Part shown: positions 1 to 8,407 of the stretch, one piece after another
Numbering within the stretch: the first letter of the stretch is position 1
How the letters are laid out: every line of letters begins with the position of its first letter
Virus record (IMG/VR): IMGVR_UViG_3300017777_003156
Coordinates: 1-39,941 of that record
Length of the DNA: 39,941 nt
Origin: a virus
Lineage: Duplodnaviria; Caudoviricetes
Strand: one strand, 5' to 3'
Made by a program: the position numbers and the translations under genes
The notes under the pieces: generated by a model
Databases searched by the model: none
Told to the model about the DNA's origin: nothing
The model's input: the letters and a program-made list of their open reading frames with translations, nothing else

Positions 1-195
1 AGAACAGCACCACAGAAATGAGTACGGCGCGTCGTTTTCCGACAGTATCCATTGCGCGGGTTCTGACAACGATATTGGATACCCACGATGTTTATTTCTA
101 GCTAATTCGTCGTAATCGTGAATGGCTTTCATCAAAACGGCAGCAACCAATCGTGTGCATTGAGTTGCTTGTTGCTTGTTGTATGCGTCGTTCAT
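1..195 (-). CDS. Hypothetical phage protein, partial (runs off the window start)
   Basis: Own translation from ATG at 195 (overlaps the stop of the 192..404 ORF): MNDAYNKQQATQCTRLVAAVLMKAIHDY...PAQWILSENDAPYSFLWCCS, open to position 1; not in the ORF track. Confidence 0.6.
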   Translation of the reverse strand, partial: MNDAYNKQQATQCTRLVAAVLMKAIHDYDELARNKHRGYPISLSEPAQWILSENDAPYSFLWCCS

Positions 196-404
196 TTCTG
201 TTTCCCCCAAGATAAGGTTGGTTTAGGCTCCGGTACACACGGCACCGTCACAGCAGGTATCTCCATCCATCTCGCCCATGCAGCATCCCACACGGGTCTG
301 CCAAAAAATCCCAGCGTGGCAAATACTCCCGCCGAAAACAACATCGACAAGACAACGTGCCGCAGTGCATGGGGGTGCTCTTCAACGATGTAGTGCTTGT
401 TCAT
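192..404 (-). CDS. Small hypothetical membrane protein
   Basis: 70 aa ORF with one hydrophobic stretch (VVLSMLFSAGVFATLGFFG); ATGA-type overlaps with both neighbours. Confidence 0.6.
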   Translation of the reverse strand: MNKHYIVEEHPHALRHVVLSMLFSAGVFATLGFFGRPVWDAAWARWMEIPAVTVPCVPEPKPTLSWGKQK

Positions 405-847
405 TTCTTTTCTCCTCTGATGGCTACTGGCATAGCCCCTAACGTATCGTTACCGCGCCATAAATCTCTGAGCATTCCAGCAATCATCCGGCAACGCGCT
501 TGGTTTTCTCCATGCTCTGCATTCTCAAGCCAGTCAAGCGATGGCTTCATTAGCCAGTTGACGTTAGGACCACCGCTAACTTTCCTTGCTGCATCAGCCT
601 CCAGCGCGGCGCACTTGGCCTCGGCAGCTTTTGCGCGTTCGTGCAGTTCTTTCATTACTTCCAGTACAGCCTTTTCGTGCTTCATCAGGATGCACTTGAT
701 CATGTGCAGCGGTGTTTCGATCATTACCTCCGCACATGCCTCTATCTTATCGACCGCCAGCACGATTTGTTTTTCCTCCGCCTTGGTCAGCACCAACGCC
801 CTCGATTGCGGCGTTGTAGCCAGAGTACCAACCTTGTACGTTTTCAT
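401..847 (-). CDS. Hypothetical protein
   Basis: 148 aa ORF, translationally coupled (ATGA overlaps) within the minus-strand operon. Confidence 0.65.
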   Translation of the reverse strand: MKTYKVGTLATTPQSRALVLTKAEEKQIVLAVDKIEACAEVMIETPLHMIKCILMKHEKAVLEVMKELHERAKAAEAKCAALEADAARKVSGGPNVNWLMKPSLDWLENAEHGENQARCRMIAGMLRDLWRGNDTLGAMPVAIRGEKK

Positions 848-1047
848 TTGCTGGCTCCTTGCAGGGCGGCTCGGGCAGACATTGCGGCGTTCTCACAATC
901 TTCCGCCAAGCAATGCCCATCACAGTCTGCTTCGTCGTAATGCACCATGTACTCCATTACAGGATTGGTGCTCAAGAATCTCTCTGTTGCATCAAGCAAA
1001 ATGACAGACCGTTCCAACGCCTCCCGCAGCTTGGCAATGTCAGTCAT
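844..1047 (-). CDS. Hypothetical protein (MTDIAKLREALERS...)
   Basis: Start placed at ATG 1047, which overlaps the upstream TGA; YDEADCDGHCL motif. Confidence 0.6.
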   Translation of the reverse strand: MTDIAKLREALERSVILLDATERFLSTNPVMEYMVHYDEADCDGHCLAEDCENAAMSARAALQGASK

Positions 1048-1184
1048 TTGTTTCCCCATTTCGGCAACTTTCCGTTTTCGATGAGCCACAACCGCTTTTT
1101 ACGCAACCACTGCACCGCCTTGACCCACTTGGCAGCGTTGCGGCGATTCTCGTGTAGACGTCTCGCTCTTTGGGTCAGGCTCAT
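1044..1184 (-). CDS. Small basic hypothetical protein (MSLTQRARRLHENRRNAAKWVKAVQWLR...)
   Basis: Internal ATG at 1184 overlaps the stop of the upstream ORF; 46 aa. Confidence 0.55.
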   Translation of the reverse strand: MSLTQRARRLHENRRNAAKWVKAVQWLRKKRLWLIENGKLPKWGNK

Positions 1185-1372
1185 TTCTGTCCCCTGCGCG
1201 GATCGTCCAAGCGAGCGTCGTCGAACTGCGGCTGGGCACGGCGAGAGAACGGGTCGGTACCGCTCACGTTGCATTCGCCGGAGTCGGCACGGTGCGGAAA
1301 GCGGTACGCCTCGCAGCGGCACGGCACCGCAAAGCGTTTGGACATCGGTTTCCAGGTTGAGATAGCGCTCAT
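1181..1372 (-). CDS. Small Cys/His-containing hypothetical protein (CRCEAYRFPHRADSGEC)
   Basis: ATG at 1372 preceded by an AGGAG RBS and a promoter at 1413-1441, so the longer 1486 start in the ORF track is unlikely. Confidence 0.6.
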   Translation of the reverse strand: MSAISTWKPMSKRFAVPCRCEAYRFPHRADSGECNVSGTDPFSRRAQPQFDDARLDDPRRGQK

Positions 1373-1412
1373 ACAGTTTCTCCTAGTTATAAAGTTATCA
1401 GTTACAGCCCCG

Positions 1413-1441
1413 AGTATAGCCTCTTTCGGTTTTTCAGGCAA
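1413..1441 (-). promoter_or_regulatory. Sigma70-type promoter TTGCCT-N17-TATACT
   Basis: -35 at 1436-1441, -10 at 1413-1418; same boxes as the promoters at 13537 and 14747. Confidence 0.75.
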
Positions 1442-1487
1442 ATTGTATTTTACAATCACGTTCGTTCTCCTGATTGTTTTTGCCAAT
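1442..1487. promoter_or_regulatory. Tandem dyad operator ATTG-N7-CAAT-N16-ATTG-N7-CAAT abutting the -35 box
   Basis: Dyads at 1442-1456 and 1473-1487; identical architecture at 13566-13611. Confidence 0.6.
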
Positions 1488-1969
1488 CACGCGTAACGGG
1501 TCTCGTGCAGCCAGCGGGCTATGAGTAGTGCCTCGGCGCGGTCGGCGTGTTTTTTGAGGTTCAATGGAGCCTCTGGAAACAACCTAACGGCTAGGGCGCG
1601 GCTCGCCTCCTTGTCGCTCGTCAGTTTGAAATGTTTTTTCCAGGTCACCGGGCTAACGTAGTGTAGCTCGATGCCCAGCACCGCGACCACGGCCCGTAGG
1701 GAACCGAAGCTGTCCCCTAGCGAGAATACCGAGGACACCCCCTGGCCGGGCATCGCGTTAACTCTCTCGAGCACCACCGCTACAAACTCGCCCGAGCCGT
1801 GCGAGGCCGAGCGGAGCATGTGCGCCACCCCCGCCGAGTCCACTTCGCGCTTAACGCTGCCTCGCGAGCCTTTGGCCACCGTAGGGATATCCAGCACGCT
1901 TTCGAAGCGCCCGTTGTTGAGCCGCCCTATAGCTCCTGTAAGTCCCGGGTCGATGCCGATGCAGATCAT
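1487..1969 (-). CDS. ruvC: RuvC-like Holliday junction resolvase
   Basis: MICIGIDPGLTGA, VVLERVNAMPGQGVSSVFSLG, PVTWKK and DRAEALLIA motifs; start reassigned to ATG 1969. Confidence 0.9.
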   Translation of the reverse strand: MICIGIDPGLTGAIGRLNNGRFESVLDIPTVAKGSRGSVKREVDSAGVAHMLRSASHGSGEFVAVVLERVNAMPGQGVSSVFSLGDSFGSLRAVVAVLGIELHYVSPVTWKKHFKLTSDKEASRALAVRLFPEAPLNLKKHADRAEALLIARWLHETRYA

Positions 1970-1971
1970 TC

Positions 1972-2817
1972 TCAGAGCTCCTCGTAAGCCGGGCACCCGG
2001 CTTTCTGTTCTTCTAGGCTGAGGGTGGTGCCCGCTTTCTCGCAGGTCCACGTGCCTTCCGCCGAGGGTACCGCTGAACGACACGTGCGGCAGTGCCTCAA
2101 CGGGGCAACTTGCTTCAGGCACACGGCTTTCTGCGAGCAGAACTTGCAGTCAAAGCTGTCAGCCTTGTCGCTGATACCCGCTGGGCGCATTTTCGCGGTC
2201 ACCAGGGTGATTATCTTTTCGGTGAGTTTTTTCTGGGCGGGCTTGTCTTCCTTGATACGCTCGACGTAAATCCGTTCGTCGTCCTTGCACACCCCCACGT
2301 AGATAGTCCGTGTGAGCTTGGAGAATTCCATGGTGCTCAGCACCTGCCCCCAGTGCACCGGCTTGGAGTACTCGACGCCTTTCTTTACCAGCTGCTCAAA
2401 GCTGGCCTTGTTGTGGGTTTTTATCTCCAGCGCGTGAGGGGTCTTCTCGCTGTCGGGCACCCCTTTTATTACCCCGTCCATCTTGGTCACAAAATGCCCG
2501 GTCGAGTCGCCGAACGCGAACTGTGAGCCGTCTTCCTGCTTGTCGAACACCTCGAACCCCGCCTTGCGCAGGTCGTCGACTATACGTGCCTCTTGCCAGT
2601 GGCCGGTGCCGAAGAGCCTGAGCATACGCCCCTCGAACGTCTCCCTGGAGTACCCTCGCCACCCCAACCACCCTTTGCGGATACACGCCTCCCCCAGGAA
2701 CGACGAGCCGATTCGCCCCAGGTACATTCCCGGGTTCTCGGCGGCTTCGGCCTGTTCGTAGGCGCGGTAGATGCGGTCTATAATGACCTGCGTGGGGCGG
2801 GGCGGTAGGGCTACCAT
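1972..2817 (-). CDS. Cas4-like PD-(D/E)XK exonuclease with Cys clusters
   Basis: GSSFLGEACIRK, G-H-x-x-E, MDG...LEIKTH nuclease motif, QV..M, and C-terminal CKFC..C / CRTC..C. Confidence 0.85.
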   Translation of the reverse strand: MVALPPRPTQVIIDRIYRAYEQAEAAENPGMYLGRIGSSFLGEACIRKGWLGWRGYSRETFEGRMLRLFGTGHWQEARIVDDLRKAGFEVFDKQEDGSQFAFGDSTGHFVTKMDGVIKGVPDSEKTPHALEIKTHNKASFEQLVKKGVEYSKPVHWGQVLSTMEFSKLTRTIYVGVCKDDERIYVERIKEDKPAQKKLTEKIITLVTAKMRPAGISDKADSFDCKFCSQKAVCLKQVAPLRHCRTCRSAVPSAEGTWTCEKAGTTLSLEEQKAGCPAYEEL

Positions 2818-2844
2818 GATTTTAATTCTCCGTTATAAATTAGG

Positions 2845-2890
2845 AAAAAACCTCGCTCGGGAGGAGGATGGAGTACCCCACCCGAGCGAG
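2845..2890 (-). terminator. Possible intrinsic terminator after the SSB gene
   Basis: 10-bp inverted repeat CTCGCTCGGG (2852-2861) / CCCGAGCGAG (2881-2890) with a 19-nt loop, followed by a T6 tract on the minus strand. Confidence 0.45.
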
Positions 2891-2908
2891 TAAAGCACCC
2901 CCGCGAGA

Positions 2909-3400
2909 CTAGTCCCAGGGGTTGGCCGCGCCTTTGCCCTTGGCGGCTGCCGGGGAGGGCTTGGTAGGGGCGGGGGGCTTAGGGGCGGGGCTGCCCGGCA
3001 CGGCGGTGAACAGGAACGCCTTAATTTCATTCCGCGCAGCGTACCCGTCCCGTGCCGGCTCGATACCCACCGCTGCCGAGAACGGCACCCCCAGCAGCTT
3101 GTCGGTGTCGTCGGCGTCGGGCTTGCCCGCTGCCGTGGCCCAGCTGACCAACTGCTGGCGACCGATCTTCTGCGCCTTCTCGCTGGGGTTGTTGATGTTG
3201 AAGTTCAGCCAGACCTTGCGGCCCGCGTACTGGCCCTTGACCACCTCGAACGCGGTGGCGATGTAGCTGCCGGTGCCCGCCTTAGTCTGCTTCTCCTCGG
3301 CGTCGGTAGCCTTGAGCGTGTACTCGCCCTCCGGGATGGGGTCAAAGCTGCCCCGCTCGTTGACGTCAACTTCCTTGGTGTCGAATCCGAATTTTGCCAT
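2909..3400 (-). CDS. Single-stranded DNA-binding protein (DUF669-like)
   Basis: FDPIPEGEY, FEVVKGQYAGRKVW, RNEIK, Pro/Ala-rich tail ending in NPWD; adjacent to a Sak4-like ATPase. Confidence 0.8.
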   Translation of the reverse strand: MAKFGFDTKEVDVNERGSFDPIPEGEYTLKATDAEEKQTKAGTGSYIATAFEVVKGQYAGRKVWLNFNINNPSEKAQKIGRQQLVSWATAAGKPDADDTDKLLGVPFSAAVGIEPARDGYAARNEIKAFLFTAVPGSPAPKPPAPTKPSPAAAKGKGAANPWD

Positions 3401-3440
3401 TTCAAACTGCTCCTTAAATTGATGTGTTGAAGGTATCAGG

Positions 3441-4235
3441 TTATTGTACTACGGGTACTACGCGGGCCAGGTTCTCGGCGGTCATCTCGACGGTGTCTGG
3501 GCAGTTGTAGCGGTTCTTGGCCACATAGGCCGGGTTCTCAACGAAGTGCAACATGCGCTCCCCGGTCGTTGTGCCCCGGCTGACGGTGTTGTTGAACCCC
3601 ACCTCGGACTTCTTGACGAGCACCTTGAAGGCCGCGAACGCCAACACGTCCACCCACTCCTGGAGCAACGCATTGCTGCGGGTAGGAATCTTGGGCTGAA
3701 AGCGGTCGTAAGGCTCCGACCGGGGGTCTTCGTACTTGACCGTGGCGGCGTGAGCGAGCAGGAGGATGTTCATGTGGCGCTTGCGGCGCAGCACGTCCAA
3801 CCCCTGGAGCAGCTCCCGGAACTCCTCGGCAATAAACATCGCCCCCTTGCCGTAGGACAAGTCCTTGGCCTCGTGGCTCCCCTCGACGCTGCTCGTGATG
3901 AGCGGCTCGATGAGCCAATCGACCGAGTCGATTACAAGGGTGCGGAAGTCGTGCTCTTCTTTGATGAGGGTCTTGATGGCATTCGCCACGTCCTCCACGG
4001 TGTGCGCTCTGGGGAACGACGTAACGTCCAAGGCATCTATCCCATCCTCGGTGCTGATGAAAATAGGCCGGGGCATAGCCGACCCCAACGTAGATTTTCC
4101 GATACCGTGCCCCCCGTACACACAGATACGCGGGGCTAGTTCCTGCTTGCCGTGCACCAGGCCCGTTCTCCAGTCCGGAGGAGGCGCTAGGGTTTCAACA
4201 GTAACCACTTCGAGTTTCTTCTCTTTGGTAGCCAT
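3441..4235 (-). CDS. Sak4-like ssDNA-annealing ATPase (AAA_24)
   Basis: Walker A YGGHGIGKST, STEDG, Walker B LVIDSVD, YGKG, LLAH, EWVD and AKNRY motifs; start at MATKEK after an AGGA RBS. Confidence 0.85.
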   Translation of the reverse strand: MATKEKKLEVVTVETLAPPPDWRTGLVHGKQELAPRICVYGGHGIGKSTLGSAMPRPIFISTEDGIDALDVTSFPRAHTVEDVANAIKTLIKEEHDFRTLVIDSVDWLIEPLITSSVEGSHEAKDLSYGKGAMFIAEEFRELLQGLDVLRRKRHMNILLLAHAATVKYEDPRSEPYDRFQPKIPTRSNALLQEWVDVLAFAAFKVLVKKSEVGFNNTVSRGTTTGERMLHFVENPAYVAKNRYNCPDTVEMTAENLARVVPVVQ

Positions 4236-4277
4236 TTGGTTTCCTTTCATGGTTGCGGCGGTTGGCGTTCCGCCTTG

Positions 4278-4637
4278 TTAATTCGGTTGTGCGTCTTCGT
4301 CCGGCTGCTCGCCGTAGAAGTTCCATTCCTGCGGGGCGTATTCAAAAGACTCGCGGTCCCAGCGTAGCACGTTCACTTTCCAGTGAATATCGGTGACCAC
4401 GGCCATACACACCGCGCACAGCGTCGGGTCACCTATCATCAGCAAGAAGTCACCGTCCTGCCACCCGGCCAACACCCGCCGAGCGTGAATTACCATCTTA
4501 GGGGTGTTATACACCCGACCGATAGAGCTGAAAACTTCCTTAATCCGACCGAACCGTTCGGCGTCTGAGAAGTCCTTGCGGCTGTCGTTGTACACCACGT
4601 ACACGGTAGCGCTATTGCCCGGTGGGTTAGTTTCCAT
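4278..4637 (-). CDS. Phage hypothetical protein (alpha/beta), downstream of the polymerase
   Basis: 119 aa; DFSDAERFG...DFLLMIGDP...LRWDR pattern; overlaps the polymerase stop. Confidence 0.7.
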   Translation of the reverse strand: METNPPGNSATVYVVYNDSRKDFSDAERFGRIKEVFSSIGRVYNTPKMVIHARRVLAGWQDGDFLLMIGDPTLCAVCMAVVTDIHWKVNVLRWDRESFEYAPQEWNFYGEQPDEDAQPN

Positions 4638-6492
4638 TTTTAGCTTTCCTCTTAGGTTTTACAGGGGCGACGCGCTGTCGCTGGGCTTCGGTGAGGTAGG
4701 CTTCGCAGCCCACCGCCACCGCTATCTTGTGCGCTTCGGTAATGTACCACTCGTAGTCCAGGTCCTCGGGGTGCCCCCCGGCGGGGTCTAACACCATGCA
4801 GGCCCGCCCGCCGTCGGTCTTGGCAACCAGGTTGCCGTTCGTGCAGTACTGTATGGGCTGCAGGCCGGGTAGGTTGGATTGGTACCACCGCACCACCTTG
4901 CCCAGATACCCGCCACCCTGCTCACCGCCGCCCGTGACGTTGCGCGCACTCAGGAAGTCCACGAACCGCGCCGCCCGAATCGTCTGCTCTATAGGAGTAC
5001 CGTTCGCCAACCACTCCGCCACGGCGTCAGCGCACACCTGCGCGGTTGGATTCTTCTTGAGCGTCGGCTTGTCCTTACCGTTGTAGCGCTCGATGCAAGG
5101 GGTATAAATACCCTTCATCTTAGTCTGGCGGTCGGTCTTGACCGCAATATAATTGTTGACGTCCTTCATAGCCAGCGCCCGGTACGGAGTATATTCGAAG
5201 CTGAATCTCGAGACCTCGCTAAACCGCCGGACCACGTGCTCCACGCCCTCTTGGTGCTCGGGCGGGTACTTGACGGCGATACCGTCCGTGTTGGCGCTGA
5301 GTATCTCTACCCCCGCGTACTCAAGCCACTCAATCAACATGAGCAGCGTGAACTGCCCCGTCAGCGTCACAGCGAGCATCAGGTCCGGCGAGTACAACGG
5401 CGACCACCGGCTAGCCAGCTTACCGAACGTACCGTTCATGGAAATCTTGAGCGTGGCGTCGGTGGCCTTGTCGCCCCGGCGCTTGGCCTCGAATCGCTCG
5501 GTGTAGATACGCCTGTACTCGTCCACGAAGGCCTGGCCCAAGTCCTTAGGCCCGAACCCGCACTCCAGGATTATCGACGGGTAGAACGACGCGGCGTCGA
5601 TGTCGCAAATAACGTCCTCACCGGCGATGTGGCACACCTTGCGGTCGTGGGTGCTGTGTATGCCCCCCACCCCGAGCTGGTAAGTGCCCGAGCCGAACCT
5701 CACCACCTCCTTGCCCAGAAAATCGGGCAGCCTGACGTGCCCCGTGTTCGGGCTGACGTCGAAAACGTGCTCGGTCACTTTCTTGAGCAGTGCCTCGAGG
5801 GTTGGGTCAGCGAACCTAAGAAAGCTCGGCGGAGCGTACCGAACGGTCTTAGGGATGGTGTTCTCGCGCCGCTTCAAACCGAGGGTCTTGATGTAGGCGG
5901 CTTCGGCCATCTGGGAGTCCGACCGACTGCGCATGTCCACCCCGTACCGCCGGGACATGTCCACCCGCAGCGTGAGCTCGGAGTCCAACTGCCGGAGTAA
6001 TTCATGCGTGGTGTCCAGGTCATTATGGCAATACTCGATGACCTCCCCGCGCTGCTCGACGGTGATCGGCTGGTCATGTGCCATCGGCATATCCTGCAGC
6101 CGGGGCATGTGCATACGCGCACCGTAGGCTTTCAGCCCCACGAACGAGGGAGCGACTTCGATTAGGTCAACGGTGTCCATGCGCACCGGGGAGAGCATGT
6201 ACGAGCGTAGAGCTTTCAAGGCTGGCATGCGATTCACGATGAGCTGGTCGGCGATGTTCTTCATCTGCCCCTCCGTGCGCCCGGCGCAGAACGCCGCTAC
6301 TATAACGTCGTCAAAGCTGTGGTTGTTGAACCCGATAAACACCGCGTCCTCTTGCTCCAGGAAACCCCGTAGCGCCCCGGGCGCTCCTTCGCGCTGGCGT
6401 TCGAAGTCGAAAACCTCCCCCGAGTCCACGTTTTTAGCGCTGACCAGGGTGTAGTTGGGGAGGGTTTCGCAGTCAAACACGAAGGTGCTCAT
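4627..6492 (-). CDS. Family B DNA polymerase with 3'-5' exonuclease
   Basis: ExoI FDCET, ExoII GFNNHSFDD, ExoIII YCHND; polymerase motifs DAASFYPS, KISMNGTFGK and NTDG. Confidence 0.92.
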   Translation of the reverse strand: MSTFVFDCETLPNYTLVSAKNVDSGEVFDFERQREGAPGALRGFLEQEDAVFIGFNNHSFDDVIVAAFCAGRTEGQMKNIADQLIVNRMPALKALRSYMLSPVRMDTVDLIEVAPSFVGLKAYGARMHMPRLQDMPMAHDQPITVEQRGEVIEYCHNDLDTTHELLRQLDSELTLRVDMSRRYGVDMRSRSDSQMAEAAYIKTLGLKRRENTIPKTVRYAPPSFLRFADPTLEALLKKVTEHVFDVSPNTGHVRLPDFLGKEVVRFGSGTYQLGVGGIHSTHDRKVCHIAGEDVICDIDAASFYPSIILECGFGPKDLGQAFVDEYRRIYTERFEAKRRGDKATDATLKISMNGTFGKLASRWSPLYSPDLMLAVTLTGQFTLLMLIEWLEYAGVEILSANTDGIAVKYPPEHQEGVEHVVRRFSEVSRFSFEYTPYRALAMKDVNNYIAVKTDRQTKMKGIYTPCIERYNGKDKPTLKKNPTAQVCADAVAEWLANGTPIEQTIRAARFVDFLSARNVTGGGEQGGGYLGKVVRWYQSNLPGLQPIQYCTNGNLVAKTDGGRACMVLDPAGGHPEDLDYEWYITEAHKIAVAVGCEAYLTEAQRQRVAPVKPKRKAKNGN

Positions 6493-6830
6493 CGATCTTG
6501 ATTAACGTAGCCCGGCCCCGCCTGGCTACCGTCATCAACGGGCATAGGATGGCCGGTGGGGGCGAAGTGGTCGTAAGCACTCACGGGCCGGTACCGAGGG
6601 GGCGCACCCCGGGTGTCTTCCTTAGCTTCCTCTAGCTCGATGAGCTTGTCGAGGTAGTGGCGAGCCTTGCGCAGGTCCTCTGCGGGTTTGCCTTTGAGAT
6701 AGCATCGCTCGATGTACTTGGTTGCGGCGGCTTGCCAGTAGTTCATCTTGAGCCGCCAGACGCGGTCCCAATGTTCTTCGCCGCCCTGTTTGTAATGGTC
6801 GCCGCCGACCTGCGTGTCGTTAGCTGCCAT
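6489..6830 (-). CDS. DUF3310 family protein (T7 gp1.7-like putative nucleotide kinase)
   Basis: QVGGDHYK...ATKYIER..KGKPAEDLRKARHYLDKLIE signature; start at MAAND after a GGAGG RBS. Confidence 0.8.
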   Translation of the reverse strand: MAANDTQVGGDHYKQGGEEHWDRVWRLKMNYWQAAATKYIERCYLKGKPAEDLRKARHYLDKLIELEEAKEDTRGAPPRYRPVSAYDHFAPTGHPMPVDDGSQAGPGYVNQDR

Positions 6831-6831
6831 G

Positions 6832-7326
6832 TCAATCCTCCAGCGCGATGTCTTTGATGGTTTCGAACAGCTCACGCTCTAGGCCTACGAGTAGCATGCT
6901 TTCCGCGTAGCTCAGGTAGCGGTTGTATACCGTCCACATCGCCTCGTTGCCCAGACGTGTTTCCTGGGCGCAGAACAGAGAGCCTTGGGCTATGTCGGCC
7001 AGCTTGAGGGTGCGCTCCTCTGCGTCGGTCAGCAGCGGCAGAGTCAACCCCGCAGCGTCGAGCAGCTCGCTCTCGAGGGCCGAAACCTGCTCCCCGATAC
7101 CGTACTGGCGCTTAGCGGGCGAGGGGATATCCCCGGTCTGGTGCTCGGCCAGGTCGTGCAACAGCGCCGCCCGTAGAAGGTTGGCCGAGGGCTGCCGCAC
7201 CAGCAACAAACACAGCGCGGCCACCCCGTGGGAGTGATGCCCCACGGTCTCAGTGACTAGAGTGCGGATGGTATGGTACCGGCGGACGTCGGCCCCGAGC
7301 ATAATAAATTCAATTTGTTCTCTCAC
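6832..7326 (-). CDS. HD-domain 5'-deoxynucleotidase (YfbR-like)
   Basis: VRRYH, ETVGHHS, LLHDLAEHQTGDIPSPAK and LKLAD motifs. Confidence 0.85.
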   Translation of the reverse strand: MREQIEFIMLGADVRRYHTIRTLVTETVGHHSHGVAALCLLLVRQPSANLLRAALLHDLAEHQTGDIPSPAKRQYGIGEQVSALESELLDAAGLTLPLLTDAEERTLKLADIAQGSLFCAQETRLGNEAMWTVYNRYLSYAESMLLVGLERELFETIKDIALED

Positions 7327-7365
7327 GACTGTTATCCTTTATTGAGTTATTGAGTTACAGCACAA

Positions 7366-7396
7366 AGTATAGCGTCAAAAACCCGCGAGCGGGCAA
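7366..7396 (-). promoter_or_regulatory. Possible promoter upstream of the HD gene (TTGCCC-N19-TATACT)
   Basis: -10 TATACT at 7366-7371 followed by ATAAC leader repeats as at other promoters; the 19-nt spacer is non-optimal. Confidence 0.4.
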
Positions 7397-7397
7397 A

Positions 7398-8405
7398 TTA
7401 TTTTGCCTTAGCTAGCTCGCGTCTTTCAACCCACTCCGCCACCGCCTTGCGCCAGTCCTCGGCGCGGATTTGCGCCACGTACTCCCCGCCCCGACTGCTC
7501 TTCTCCCGGCGCACCCGGCTCACGTTGGCCATAGGCACCGCGACCGCATTGAAGAACGCATTCTCGTAAAGTGATGAAACCGAGTACGGGTCGGTGCAGA
7601 AATACTCGCAGTCGCGCAGGAAGCTACGCCAGTCCCGCCCCCAGAACAGCGGGCGAGGCAGCACCCCGAAATCTTCCGACGTGTAGTAGTCGTAGTCCTC
7701 AGGCTCGGGCGGGATGTCTATGTGCTTAGCGGCGTCGTACAAGTCAAGGTACAGATGGAGGTTGTTGCTCACCTGGCGGTACTCCCCCAGAGGTAACCCG
7801 AGCGCCAGCGCTACGAACTCCTGAAGGACGCTGAAATGCACCGCGTTAGCGCCGTACGCCCCCCACCAGATATCGTTCGAGCGATTGAACACCGTCATGT
7901 TGAGTCGCCCCCGACGGCAGTCGAATACGGCGCTGAGGTTGCAGGCTTTGTCCTTAGAGGGCCACGAGAGGTCCCGCACCGACCACATCTGCAACACCGC
8001 CTGACGGCTCGTGGGGTCGTCCTGGAGTATACCGATGACCTGCTCGAGCTGATCAAAGCCGAAGCTCTGCCGCCAGCGGTACCCGTAGGCTGCGTTGAAC
8101 GCCAGCCCGTCGTCGCTGAACTGCTTGATGTTGCTGTTGAACTGGTCGAGGAACGCGACGTCGTTGCGCCCGGCGAGCATCCAGATTGCCTCCATCAGGT
8201 GGAAAATGGGGTTAGCGTCCCGCCCCGCGTGGAACAACACCCGTTCGGCGGGGCGTTCGTAGACGGTCATCACCGGCTCGGGGAAGGCCACCACCGCGCC
8301 GTTGCGGGTCTTCTCAACGGGCAGCTCTCCGACCGCCGCCAGCGCCTTGAGTCGCCAGAACACCTCCGAGAAGGCGTGATTCACATTGCGTACACGTATT
8401 TCCAT
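7398..8405 (-). CDS. Thymidylate synthase homolog, probable dUMP hydroxymethylase
   Basis: TS motifs AYGYRWR, PTSRQAV, catalytic Cys (KDKACN), RSND..WG..GAN with the dUMP-specifying Asn, NNLHLY; adjacent to hmU DNA kinase genes. Confidence 0.85.
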   Translation of the reverse strand: MEIRVRNVNHAFSEVFWRLKALAAVGELPVEKTRNGAVVAFPEPVMTVYERPAERVLFHAGRDANPIFHLMEAIWMLAGRNDVAFLDQFNSNIKQFSDDGLAFNAAYGYRWRQSFGFDQLEQVIGILQDDPTSRQAVLQMWSVRDLSWPSKDKACNLSAVFDCRRGRLNMTVFNRSNDIWWGAYGANAVHFSVLQEFVALALGLPLGEYRQVSNNLHLYLDLYDAAKHIDIPPEPEDYDYYTSEDFGVLPRPLFWGRDWRSFLRDCEYFCTDPYSVSSLYENAFFNAVAVPMANVSRVRREKSSRGGEYVAQIRAEDWRKAVAEWVERRELAKAK

Positions 8406-8407
8406 GT

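Noticed and set aside
1181-1486. Long versions of ORFs given in the track (1486 start; likewise the 2122, 13333, 14577 and 23708 starts)
   Set aside because: The extensions overlap promoters or neighbouring genes, while downstream starts have clear RBSs or ATGA coupling.
4278-4637. Possible ring-nuclease or CARF-like anti-defence protein
   Set aside because: Only a vague alpha/beta pattern resemblance, with no motif I can support without a profile or structure search.
4879-6000. Long antisense ORFs (e.g. 4879..6000, 30044..30766, 33941..34789)
   Set aside because: They are shadow ORFs opposite well-supported genes, expected in GC-rich DNA, and have no recognisable motifs.
7398-8405. TS homolog as a canonical thymidylate synthase or a dCMP hydroxymethylase
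   Set aside because: The specificity position is Asn (dUMP-type), not Asp, and the adjacent hmU kinase and AADT genes argue for dUMP hydroxymethylation. ThyA activity is not formally excluded without an assay.
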